From Novosphingobium sp. (GTDB lineage Bacteria; Pseudomonadota; Alphaproteobacteria; Sphingomonadales; Sphingomonadaceae), in the NCBI GenBank assembly GCA_046063275.1, contig JBJTLY010000355.1, forward strand, positions 1-60,104: DNA of 60,104 bases. Direction: 5' to 3'. The translations under genes were made by a program, and so were the position numbers. Shown here one piece after another: positions 28,505 to 37,633 of this stretch. Every line of letters starts with the position of its first letter. Positions within the stretch are counted from its first letter, which is position 1. Below the pieces are notes generated by a model that did not search any database, was not told where the DNA came from, and was given only the letters and a program-made list of their open reading frames with translations.

Positions 28505-28511
28505 TGTGTTC

Positions 28512-29789
28512 CTATTTGTGTCCGAAACCGGTGAGTACGGTTTTCAAGGTCTTCATCACGATCAGGATATCGAGCCAGATCGAAAAATTGCGGATGTAGT
28601 AGAAGTCGTATTCGAGCTTGCGCTTGATATCGGCAACATCGGCGACGTGTCCCTGATTGACCTGAGCCCAGCCGGTGATGCCTGGCTTGACGATATGCCG
28701 ATAGCGATAGAACGGGACTTCCTTCTTGTACCAGTTCGAAAGCTCGGCCGCTTCGGGCCGGGGGCCGATCAGGCTCATCTCCCCGCGCAGGATGTTGATC
28801 AACTGGGGGAGCTCGTCGATCCGTGAAAAGCGCAGGAACCGCCCCACCGCGGTGATGCGCGGGTCGTTGTCCGTGGTGATCAGCTCGTCGATCCCGGCTT
28901 TCCGCGCGGTTCCATTGCTGTCGCGCATGGTGCGGAACTTGAAGACGGTGAAGTCCTTGCCGCGGTAGCCTACCCTGACCTGGCGGAACAGGATCGGTCC
29001 GGCGCTGTCCAGCCTGATCGCCAGCGCCGCCAGCATCATCACCGGGGCAAGCGCGATGAGCAGAAGCAATGCCGAAAACCAATCAGTCACCGACTTGATA
29101 ACCAGCCAAGACTGGATCGGCTCGAGTGTACCGAAAGTGTTTTCCGAAAGGCTTTCAAGCTCGGTCCGCCCGGTCAGCGATTCAAGCAGGTCTTTTGAGT
29201 GATAGACCGAAATACCCGCGAGCGTGAAATCGGCGATGCGCGCCTCCCACTGGTCGCTATGCGCGAAGCGGAAGTCGGCGGTCACGGCATCGATATCGTC
29301 GGGCCACGAGGTGAGGGCAAGGTTGCGTGCAGCAACGCCGTCAAGCGCGCCGAACCACTCGGTCTTGCCGCCCTTGATCACGCCCAGCCGCAGCACAGTC
29401 TTGCGCTGGATCGTCAGGTAAACCGCGAAGAACCATGCCGCGCAGGCCACGAAGCTGGTCACCAGCAGCGCTCGCGAATATTCGATGCGGTAGAGTACGA
29501 TGGCAATCAGCACCACGCCGAATGCGGCGAGGTAGGCCGGAAGAATGGCAAAACTCTCGTATGTACCGGGCAGCTTGCTGAACGACCGGTGCAGCCAGAA
29601 GCCGATGGTGAGCCCCGCCATACAGGCGTAGACCGTGTTCTGCAGCACGTAGTCATTGAGGCCCAGCGGATAGGTAAGGCTCAGCAACAGATAGGGAAAG
29701 GCGACGCAAACCGCGGCCGCCAAAGCGAATTGCACGAACGGATTAAGCCATGCAGTCTGGCGCCGCAGACGCAAACCCCGAGTTGCCAT
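28512..29789 (-). CDS. Priming polyprenyl-phosphate sugar phosphotransferase (WcaJ/SpsB-like)
   Basis: N-terminal TMs; FKFRTM, DPRIT.VGRFLR..RIDELPQL, GEMSLIGPRP, KPGITGWAQ. Confidence 0.92.
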   Translation of the reverse strand: MATRGLRLRRQTAWLNPFVQFALAAAVCVAFPYLLLSLTYPLGLNDYVLQNTVYACMAGLTIGFWLHRSFSKLPGTYESFAILPAYLAAFGVVLIAIVLYRIEYSRALLVTSFVACAAWFFAVYLTIQRKTVLRLGVIKGGKTEWFGALDGVAARNLALTSWPDDIDAVTADFRFAHSDQWEARIADFTLAGISVYHSKDLLESLTGRTELESLSENTFGTLEPIQSWLVIKSVTDWFSALLLLIALAPVMMLAALAIRLDSAGPILFRQVRVGYRGKDFTVFKFRTMRDSNGTARKAGIDELITTDNDPRITAVGRFLRFSRIDELPQLINILRGEMSLIGPRPEAAELSNWYKKEVPFYRYRHIVKPGITGWAQVNQGHVADVADIKRKLEYDFYYIRNFSIWLDILIVMKTLKTVLTGFGHK

Positions 29790-29944
29790 CTGCCCCTCAA
29801 CTACCAGAACAAGTTATTGGATCGCATTGGAAATGATGCGACTAAAGGAAGCTTGCAGGGTTGTCACCCCGAATGTGCAGTATTGAACGGCGCGGTGGCA
29901 ATACGGCGGTGAAGTCCGTAGAGCGGCGTGCAGGGGGAGCAAGG

Positions 29945-29972
29945 TTGACAAGTGTATACATGGTTTTAGGCG
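29945..29972 (+). promoter_or_regulatory. Candidate sigma70 promoter for the glycosyltransferase operon
   Basis: TTGACA 29945-29950, 16-nt spacer, TAGGCG; lies in the divergent intergenic region. Confidence 0.4.
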
Positions 29973-30023
29973 CCGATCAGAAGAGATGATCGTCATGCCA
30001 AACAGGGTCCCGCAGGTCCAGCT

Positions 30024-31199
30024 TTGACTGTTTCCGCCAAACGCATCGTGCTGCTTGTGCCGTCGATGCGGCTGGCCGGAGGCTGCGAGAAGGTCGTCCA
30101 CAACCTTTCGGGGGTCCTCGCAAGTCTGGGGCACCAGGTGGCCATCGCCAGCTTCGATGACAGTGCCTCCGAATGGCATTTCAAGGGAGAGGGAGAGCGC
30201 TTTGCGCTGGGCAGCACCAAGCGGCTGCCGCTGGCCTTGCGCTGGCTCGAATATTGGTTGCAGGTGCGCAAGCTCGTCCGATTCAAGCGCCGTTTCGGGC
30301 CCGATCTGACGATCAGCAATCTGTGGCGAGCTGACTTTACCAATGTGCTCGCAGGAGGAGGCGACCGCAAGGTGGCGATCGCCCACATCAACGTTGTCGG
30401 CAATCCGACCAATCGCCTGATGGTCCAGGCGCGCGGACTGGTTGGCCGGATCTACCGCCGGTTCGACCGGGTGGTGGCGGTGAGCCGTTCGCTGGCAGAC
30501 GAACTTGGCGCGCTTTATCATCTCGAACCGGGCACGTGCCTCGCGATCGACAACTTCGCGCCGGTACCGCTCGCCCATCCGTGCCTGCCGCAAGACGGGG
30601 TGGGCCGGGCCGTGTGGTGCGGCCGGCTGGTCCGCGAAAAGAACCTCGCCGGTTTTCTCGAGGTGTGGCGCGCTTTGTGCGACCAACGCGACCGCGTGCA
30701 ACTGGTTGTGCTGGGGGATGGTCCCTTGCGTGCGGAGCTTGAAGCCAAGGCCGCCGAACTTGGCCTGCGCCTTGGGAGCGACCCTGCTGATCCTGCGGCG
30801 CAAATTGTCTTCATGGGCAATGTCAGTGCTCCGGCTGACTTCCAGGCCTCGGGACGAGTCTTCATAATGAGTTCGCTCGCTGAGGGCATGCCGATGGTCC
30901 TGCTCGAAGCGCTGGCGCTGGGGGCGCCAGTGCTCGCGGCCGACTGCCCATCGGGCGGGGTGCGGGCGGCTCTCTGTGATGAAAGCGCGGCAACCACGGA
31001 CTGCGGCGCGCTGTTGCCCATTCCCTTGCCTGGAGACGCCGCGAGCCGGGCGGCTTGGCTGCCCTGGCTCCACAAGGCGATGGCCGACGATGCGCAACTC
31101 GCTGAGTGGCGCAGTGCCGCTTTAGTCAGGGCCGAACGTTTCTCGCCCGCGCGCGCGGCTTCGGACTGGCAGGCGCTGATCGAGGACATCCTGCCATGA
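30024..31199 (+). CDS. Glycosyltransferase, GT4 family
   Basis: GGCEKVV, GRLVREKN, LGDGPLR, SSLAEGMPMVLLEAL. Confidence 0.88.
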   Translation: MTVSAKRIVLLVPSMRLAGGCEKVVHNLSGVLASLGHQVAIASFDDSASEWHFKGEGERFALGSTKRLPLALRWLEYWLQVRKLVRFKRRFGPDLTISNLWRADFTNVLAGGGDRKVAIAHINVVGNPTNRLMVQARGLVGRIYRRFDRVVAVSRSLADELGALYHLEPGTCLAIDNFAPVPLAHPCLPQDGVGRAVWCGRLVREKNLAGFLEVWRALCDQRDRVQLVVLGDGPLRAELEAKAAELGLRLGSDPADPAAQIVFMGNVSAPADFQASGRVFIMSSLAEGMPMVLLEALALGAPVLAADCPSGGVRAALCDESAATTDCGALLPIPLPGDAASRAAWLPWLHKAMADDAQLAEWRSAALVRAERFSPARAASDWQALIEDILP

Positions 31200-32413
31200 G
31201 CGTGCTCTATATCACACAGAACGGCATTGCCGATCACATCGGCCAGTCGCAGGTGGCGCCTTATATCATGGGCCTGGCGCGGCAGGGGCACCGCATCCAT
31301 TTGCTCAGCGCAGAGAAGGCCGGGCGCGATGAGGTCATTGCCCGCTACCAGAAGCTGTTCGATGCCTGCGGGATCGCGTGGACCAGGGTGCGGTATCATT
31401 CCTCGCCCAAGGTGATCGGCCCGCTGCGGACGCAATGGCTGATGGAGCGAGCCGCGCGGCGGATCGTTGCGGCGGAAGGTATCACCGCAGTGCATTGCCG
31501 CAGCTATCCCGCAGCCTTGATCGGACGGCGCCTGAAGCGCCGTTTTCGGATCAAGTATCTCTACGATTTTCGGGACTTTTATGCCGACGGCGGCCTTACC
31601 AAAGGTTCGCTCCTGCTGCGCCCGCTCTACCGGCGCATGAAGCAGCTTGAGGGGCCGATGATTCGCGAGGCGGACCGGATCGTCTGCCTGACCAGACGCG
31701 CGCGCGACCTGCTGATCGACTGGTATCTGGCAGACGAGCCTGCGCCGGTCGAGCGATTCCAGATCATCCCGTGCTGCGCCGATTTCGCGCTGTTCGATCC
31801 CGCGAAGGTCGAGGCAAAGTCGCTTGACCAGATTCGCGCGAAGCTGGGCCTTGCTCCCGGTCAGACCGTGCTGCTTTATCTCGGCAGCCTTGGCCCGGAC
31901 TATCTGCTGCCGCAGATGATGGATTTGTTCGGCGAACTGACCAAGCTGCGCAGCGATGCGCGGTTCCTGTTCGTATCGAACAACGGGCGCGAACTGGTTG
32001 AAGCGCAGTGCGCCACCAAGGGCATCGATCCGGCGCGGATCATCTTTACCTCGGCCGAGCGGAGCGAGGTTCCGGCGCACATAGCGCTGGCCACGCTGTC
32101 GGTGGTGTTCATCCGGGCTGACCTGTCAAAGGCCGGGTGCTCCCCGACCAAGCTTGCCGAGCTGTTTGCGATGAACGTGCCGGTGGTGGCGAACTGCGGG
32201 GTTGGGGATATGGACTCGATCATCGCGCCAGAACGCAACGGATCGGCGCTGGTAACCGAATTCGCGACCGCCAGCCTGCGTGATGCAATTGTCAAAGTAC
32301 TGGGATTGAGAGAAGAAGGCCAAATCGACATTCGCCGCAGCAGCGCCGAATTCGATTTGCCACAGGGGGTCGCAGCCTATGCCAAGGTTTACCGTGAATT
32401 GGACAACGCCTGA
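31196..32413 (+). CDS. Glycosyltransferase, GT4-like
   Basis: VHCRSY, YDFR, IPCCAD, YLGSLG, SPTKLAE; ATGA overlap. Confidence 0.85.
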   Translation: MSVLYITQNGIADHIGQSQVAPYIMGLARQGHRIHLLSAEKAGRDEVIARYQKLFDACGIAWTRVRYHSSPKVIGPLRTQWLMERAARRIVAAEGITAVHCRSYPAALIGRRLKRRFRIKYLYDFRDFYADGGLTKGSLLLRPLYRRMKQLEGPMIREADRIVCLTRRARDLLIDWYLADEPAPVERFQIIPCCADFALFDPAKVEAKSLDQIRAKLGLAPGQTVLLYLGSLGPDYLLPQMMDLFGELTKLRSDARFLFVSNNGRELVEAQCATKGIDPARIIFTSAERSEVPAHIALATLSVVFIRADLSKAGCSPTKLAELFAMNVPVVANCGVGDMDSIIAPERNGSALVTEFATASLRDAIVKVLGLREEGQIDIRRSSAEFDLPQGVAAYAKVYRELDNA

Positions 32414-33640
32414 ATGCTGAACCTGGTGGTGATCAACGGCGGGCGCGGCGCGGCGACCCTGATCCCGGCGCTGATCGAGCATCCGGCGGTGCGGGTGACC
32501 TCGATCGTCAACGCTTATGACGACGGCAAGTCGACCGGGCAGATCCGGCGCTTCTTTGGCATGCTGGGACCTTCCGACCTGCGCAAGGTGCAGGAACTGA
32601 TGCTGAGCGCGGAGGATCGCGACTTCGAAGCGAACCGCCACCTCTTCCGGTTCCGTTATCCGGTGGGGGTCGATCGCGTCGCAGTCCTTGCCGAAATGCG
32701 TGCCTTTGCCGACGGGAAGCGCAGCGATCTCGCCGGAGCGCAGATCACCGCCGTGCACGTTCGCCAGGCGCTGCAGGATTTTGTGCGGGCCTTCCTCGAT
32801 GGGCTGACGGTCATCGAGAAGGTCAAATCGGAGCAGCTGTCGTTCGACGATTGTGCGGTGATGAACTGCATCTACGCTGGCGCATTCCTCCATTTTCGCC
32901 GCAACATCGAACGCGCGACGATGTTTATCAGCCGCCTCTTCCGCCTGCGCGGTACGGTGCTGCCCAACTCGATCGAGGCCAAGACGTTGGTCGCGCTACG
33001 CGAAGACGGCGAGATGCTCTACTGCGAGGCCGACATCGTCGAGCTGCGCTCGAACGCCAGGATCGAACGCATTTACCTTGTCGATCAAGCGATTGATCGG
33101 GGGCAGTTCGAGGCACTTACGACCGACGAAAAGCGCGATTTCCTCGAGCGGCACCATTGCTTTGTCGATGCCACCCAGAATGTGCGGCAGGCTTTGCAGC
33201 AAGCCGACGTGATCGTCTATTCTGCGGGGACGCAGCATTCGTCGCTTTACCCGACCTACCTGACCGACGGGCTGGCGCAGGCGATTGCCGACAATCGCGA
33301 TGCGCTCAAGGTGTTCGTGACCAACATCGGCGCCGACTACGAAACGCCGAGCTACCAGGCCTCGGACTATCTGCTCGGCGCGCACCGCTATCTCAATCTC
33401 GCCGATGCGCGCGACTATGCGATGCCCGAGCTGTTCGACATGGCGCTGATCAACACCGGGCGGCGCAAGGCGGACGAGACCTACGTCGCCTACGACGAGA
33501 GCAACTTTGCGGGGGTTCCGGTCGAACGCGTGCTCGATGATTTCGAAAGCGCTGAAGCGCCAGGGCGGCACGACGGTAACAAGCTGGTCGCGACAATTCT
33601 CGAACGGTTCGAACGGACCAACCCGGGCCTCGCCCGGTGA
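32414..33640 (+). CDS. YvcK(GlmR)/CofD family protein (2-phospho-L-lactate transferase-like fold)
   Basis: VVINGGRGA, IVNAYDDGKSTG, GPSDLRK, IVYSAGTQHSSLYP, FVTNI align with YvcK motifs GGGTG, DDGGSSG, PGDIR, GPGSLYTS, YICN. Confidence 0.75.
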   Translation: MLNLVVINGGRGAATLIPALIEHPAVRVTSIVNAYDDGKSTGQIRRFFGMLGPSDLRKVQELMLSAEDRDFEANRHLFRFRYPVGVDRVAVLAEMRAFADGKRSDLAGAQITAVHVRQALQDFVRAFLDGLTVIEKVKSEQLSFDDCAVMNCIYAGAFLHFRRNIERATMFISRLFRLRGTVLPNSIEAKTLVALREDGEMLYCEADIVELRSNARIERIYLVDQAIDRGQFEALTTDEKRDFLERHHCFVDATQNVRQALQQADVIVYSAGTQHSSLYPTYLTDGLAQAIADNRDALKVFVTNIGADYETPSYQASDYLLGAHRYLNLADARDYAMPELFDMALINTGRRKADETYVAYDESNFAGVPVERVLDDFESAEAPGRHDGNKLVATILERFERTNPGLAR

Positions 33641-34272
33641 TCCCTGGACCCGAGTTGGCGCAGCTGCTTGCGGGCAGGGCACTCCTGATTTTTGACTTCG
33701 ACGGGACCATCGCCGACAGTTCGCCGCTGCATGAGCAGGCGTTTCGCGAGGTGCTCGAGCCGCTTGGGCTTACGGTGGACTATGCGCGGCTCGCCGGGCG
33801 CAGCACTGCCGACGCGGTGCGTGATTGCTTTGCCTGCAACGGGCGAGAAGTGCCTGACGATGGTACCATTGCGGGACTTGCGCAGCAGAAGCAGTCGCGC
33901 GGACGCGAACTCATCGCATCGAGCCTCATTGCTTTTCCAGCGGCGATGGCACTTCTGGAATGGGCGCGGCCATGGCACCGGCTTGCGCTGGTTACGTCGG
34001 GTTCACGCGCAACGATCAACCTTGCTCTGGAGCGGCTCGCGCTTACCGACTGGTTCAACCCCTTGCTGACCGCAGACGATTTCATCAGAGCCAAACCCGA
34101 TCCGGAGGGATTTACCAGTGCGCTGCAGATCGCAGAGGTTGAGGCTGGGCAGGCATTGGTTTTCGAAGATTCAGCGGCCGGTTTCGCCGCTGCGCATGCC
34201 GCTGGGATCGAGGTGGTCGATGCGGCGAAGTTGGGAGAGATGATGATCGAGGGCAGCAATCGTGGGAATTGA
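33637..34272 (+). CDS. HAD family phosphatase / beta-phosphoglucomutase-like
   Basis: IFDFDGTIADS, LVTS, KPDP, FEDS..G. Confidence 0.88.
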   Translation: MIPGPELAQLLAGRALLIFDFDGTIADSSPLHEQAFREVLEPLGLTVDYARLAGRSTADAVRDCFACNGREVPDDGTIAGLAQQKQSRGRELIASSLIAFPAAMALLEWARPWHRLALVTSGSRATINLALERLALTDWFNPLLTADDFIRAKPDPEGFTSALQIAEVEAGQALVFEDSAAGFAAAHAAGIEVVDAAKLGEMMIEGSNRGN

Positions 34273-35116
34273 TATCCATACCTTTCGGTTGCTGCAGCGG
34301 CTGGCCGACGAAGCGCCGCTGGGTGCGGCACTGACGATCGGGCGGCAGTCGGTCGATTTCGCCGTGCCTGCCGGGTTCACTCCGCCAGCCGACCCTGCCG
34401 AGGCGCAGTATTGCGAATGGGTGCTGCTTGCGCTCGGCGGCAGCGAGGCAGCCTCGCTCGACATTTCGGACTATGAAGGCGCGACTCACATCGGCGATCT
34501 GGGTGAGCCGATGTCGCTGCCCCGCAGCTATGACACGATCATCGATGCTGGCTCGCTCGAACATGTGTTCGACGTCGCCACCGGGTTTCGCAATCTGATC
34601 AAGTTCACCGCGATCGGCGGGCGGATCGTCCATGTCCTGCCGGTCAACAACCTCAGCGGCCACGGCTTCTGGCAGTTCTCCTCGGACCTCATCTATGCGC
34701 TCTATTCGGAAGCGAACGGCTTTGCGGACACCCGGGTGTGGTACGCCTCCAGCATCAATCAGGACGAGTGGCGCGAGATCCCGCCGCCGCGGCCCGGCAC
34801 CCGGACCGAACTCGTTTCGCTCGAACCGGTGATCCTGCTCAGCGTCGCCACCAAGCAGCGCGAAGTTGCCTCGCTGCGCGTGGTCCAACCGTTCTACGAT
34901 CAGGCATGGAATGAGGGCAGCGAAGTTCTGGTTTCGCATACGCCGTCACGGTTCGAATGGCTCCGCCGACTGTTGCCGCAGCGCAGCTTGGCGCACCGGC
35001 TCGCCCGCAATGCCTTTACGGTCGCGGGACTGGGGCTCGGGACCAGCCGTTACGCCTTGCGCGGCAAGCGCTTTGCCCGGCGCACGCCCGGATCGGCAGG
35101 AAGCAAGCAGCCGTGA
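34262..35116 (+). CDS. Class I SAM-dependent methyltransferase-like protein
   Basis: SLDISDYEGA..IGDL, YDTIIDAGSLEHVF, GG.IVH, HGFWQFS; motif I is degenerate. Confidence 0.6.
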   Translation: MGIDIHTFRLLQRLADEAPLGAALTIGRQSVDFAVPAGFTPPADPAEAQYCEWVLLALGGSEAASLDISDYEGATHIGDLGEPMSLPRSYDTIIDAGSLEHVFDVATGFRNLIKFTAIGGRIVHVLPVNNLSGHGFWQFSSDLIYALYSEANGFADTRVWYASSINQDEWREIPPPRPGTRTELVSLEPVILLSVATKQREVASLRVVQPFYDQAWNEGSEVLVSHTPSRFEWLRRLLPQRSLAHRLARNAFTVAGLGLGTSRYALRGKRFARRTPGSAGSKQP

Positions 35117-36015
35117 AGATCCTCGCCGCGGTGGTGACGCACAACCGGTGCGAACTGCTCGAGCGCTGCCTCGATGGTCTGGCACAGCAGAGCCGCGCCT
35201 GTGATCAGGTGCTGGTCATCGACAATGCCAGCACCGACGCGACCCCCGAAATGCTGCAGCGCCGCGGGGTTCTGACCATCAGGCAGGACAATCTGGGTTC
35301 GGCTGGCGGCTGGCACCGGGCGAATGCCTACGCGGTCGAGCACGATTTCGATGCCATCTGGCTGATGGACGATGACGGTTTTCCAGATCCCGCCGCGCTG
35401 GCGAAGCTGGAAGCCGAACTGTCTGCGGGCCGTGCCTGTGCGGCCTCGGTGGTGTTGTGTGAGGATGCGCGAGAGCGCTTCGTGTTCCCGTTCCCCAAGC
35501 TCAATCGCCACGGATTTCCTGTGATCTTCGGATTTCCGCGCAAGGTGCACTTGCTCCGCGAACTTGCCGCAATCGCGCCAAATGGCATCTATCCCTTCGC
35601 GCATCTGTTCAACGGTGCGCTGATCTCGATCCCGGAGATCCGGCGCATCGGCAATGTCGATGCCGGCTACTTCATGTTCGGTGACGAGGTCGATTTCTTC
35701 TGCCGCCTGCGCAAGGATGGCGATGTCGTCTCGGTGCTCGACGCCTTCCATTACCATCCCGACGTCGGCTCGCGGGCCTATTCGCCGGTGAAGGTCTATT
35801 ATTACGTCAAGAACAGCCTGATCATCCATCGGCGCTATTTCGACCAGGCCTGGCTGCGCAACCTGCTCGCGGTCGGTGTGGTTCTGCTTCGGGTCGCGCG
35901 CCGCAACGGGCCGCTCGCCGCCTTGTCCTATCTGGCCGGGCCGAACGCGGGCATGTTCTATCGGGCGATCCACAGGGGCCTGGCAGGGCAGGTGGGCAAG
36001 GACTTCACCCCATGA
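35113..36015 (+). CDS. Glycosyltransferase, GT2 family
   Basis: VVTHNR, VIDNASTD, NLGSAGG, WLMDDDG, GDEVDF. Confidence 0.9.
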   Translation: MKILAAVVTHNRCELLERCLDGLAQQSRACDQVLVIDNASTDATPEMLQRRGVLTIRQDNLGSAGGWHRANAYAVEHDFDAIWLMDDDGFPDPAALAKLEAELSAGRACAASVVLCEDARERFVFPFPKLNRHGFPVIFGFPRKVHLLRELAAIAPNGIYPFAHLFNGALISIPEIRRIGNVDAGYFMFGDEVDFFCRLRKDGDVVSVLDAFHYHPDVGSRAYSPVKVYYYVKNSLIIHRRYFDQAWLRNLLAVGVVLLRVARRNGPLAALSYLAGPNAGMFYRAIHRGLAGQVGKDFTP

Positions 36016-36749
36016 CCGGTTCGAAGGCCAGTACCTGCGCCTTGATTGCCGCTGCCGGACGCGGCACCCGTGCCGGTCTGCCTTACCCCAAGACCTTGTT
36101 CGAGGTGCAGGGGCAGACGATCCTGCTACGGGTAGTCGATGCCTTGGCGCCGCACGTGAGTGAACTTGTAGTCGTCGCCAGTCCTGAAGGCGCCGGTCCG
36201 ATCGAACAGCAACTGAATGCAGCGGGCATCGATGCTCGCATTGCGATCCAATCGGAGCCGCTTGGCATGGGAAATGCCGTGCTCGCCGGACTGGCTGCGC
36301 CCTCTGTCGAGCACGTCCTGCTGGCCTGGGGAGACATCCCGTTCTTTCAGCCCGCAACCGTTGCGGCCATGGTCGAGGCGCATCACCGGCATGGCAATGA
36401 CTTCACCTTTGCCACGGCGGTTGTAGACTCCGCCTATACCTTCGTTTCGCGCGATCGGGCCGGGCAGGTGCTTTCGCTGACCGAAAGCCGCGAGGCGGGC
36501 ATCGTCGAACCCGGGCCGGGTGAGCGCGATATCGGCCTGTTTATCTTCCGCCGCGAACCCGTCAGCGCGATGTTGCAGCAGGATCTGCCGGGCAAGTTCG
36601 GCAAGTCCACCGGCGAGCACGGTTTCCTCTACCTGATCCAGCACCTTGTTGCTGAGGGGGCAAAGGTGGAGGCGGTGCCAGTCGCCACCGAACTCGATCT
36701 GGTATCGCTTAACCGGCTGAGCGATATCGAGGGGTTTCTCGGAAACTAG
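36012..36749 (+). CDS. Nucleotidyltransferase (GlmU N-terminal / MobA-like NTP transferase)
   Basis: LIAAAGRGTR, PKTL, Q.EPLGMGNAV, WGDIP. Confidence 0.85.
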   Translation: MTGSKASTCALIAAAGRGTRAGLPYPKTLFEVQGQTILLRVVDALAPHVSELVVVASPEGAGPIEQQLNAAGIDARIAIQSEPLGMGNAVLAGLAAPSVEHVLLAWGDIPFFQPATVAAMVEAHHRHGNDFTFATAVVDSAYTFVSRDRAGQVLSLTESREAGIVEPGPGERDIGLFIFRREPVSAMLQQDLPGKFGKSTGEHGFLYLIQHLVAEGAKVEAVPVATELDLVSLNRLSDIEGFLGN

Positions 36750-37633
36750 CTCCGCTGGATCACGACTCGCAGATCGGCATTGGCAGGATCGGCGACTTGC
36801 TTGCCCGCGATGCGCCACGGCCCGCCCACGTCCTCCATCGCAACAATGCGGCATCCAAATCGCTTCGCCAATTGCTCGAACGAACCCTTCGAGAGCGAGA
36901 AGGTGTGCGGGGTGTGGCACAGCTTGACCAGCACCTCCTTCGACGAAACGTTGGGGACTTCGAAAAAGAGATGGCCGCCGGGACGGACCCGCTCGATCAT
37001 CTGTTCGAACACCGCCAAAAGGTCATGCACATGTTCGAGCGAGTGCGAGGCGTAGAGCAGATCGGCGGGTTCGCATTCAGCCAATGTCCGCGCCCAGCCT
37101 ACGCCATATTGCGCGGCAAAATCGCGTGCCTTGGTCGAGGGATCGACCGCGACCACCCGGGCTTTTTCGCGCAGCAGGTAGCTTGCCGCGCAGTCCCCGG
37201 CGCCAAAATCGATCGCGTCGACATAGGTCGGGACATGGCGTTCGAGCCACGCAATCCGTTCCGCTGACCAGCCAAGCTGCAAATCGTTGGGCCGATCCGC
37301 CTCGGCGACATGGCGGCCTTCGGCCTCGTCGCGGTTGCCCCAGTAATATTCCTCGTAATACCGGGAAAGCCGCGCTTCCTCGAACCGCGGTTCGACGCTG
37401 CTGGTACCGCAGGCCTCGCAATAGCATTGGGTCAGATCGAAATAGCGCCGGTTAATCTCGACCGGTCGATAGGCGCGCGCGAACTGGGGGCTCAGGGCGG
37501 CCGCCGCATTGGCCGCGAAAGCCGGGACCTTGTATGCGAGCCACCGCACCGGGCCGAGTGAACGCAGATTGAGATAGGGGATGCGGTACAGCCGGTCCGA
37601 CCCGCAGAGGAAACAGGTGGCGGGTGCAGTCAT
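36746..37633 (-). CDS. Class I SAM-dependent methyltransferase with CxxC pairs
   Basis: CFLCG...CEACG, IDFGAG, HSLEHV, RPGG.LFFEVPN. Confidence 0.82.
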   Translation of the reverse strand: MTAPATCFLCGSDRLYRIPYLNLRSLGPVRWLAYKVPAFAANAAAALSPQFARAYRPVEINRRYFDLTQCYCEACGTSSVEPRFEEARLSRYYEEYYWGNRDEAEGRHVAEADRPNDLQLGWSAERIAWLERHVPTYVDAIDFGAGDCAASYLLREKARVVAVDPSTKARDFAAQYGVGWARTLAECEPADLLYASHSLEHVHDLLAVFEQMIERVRPGGHLFFEVPNVSSKEVLVKLCHTPHTFSLSKGSFEQLAKRFGCRIVAMEDVGGPWRIAGKQVADPANADLRVVIQRS

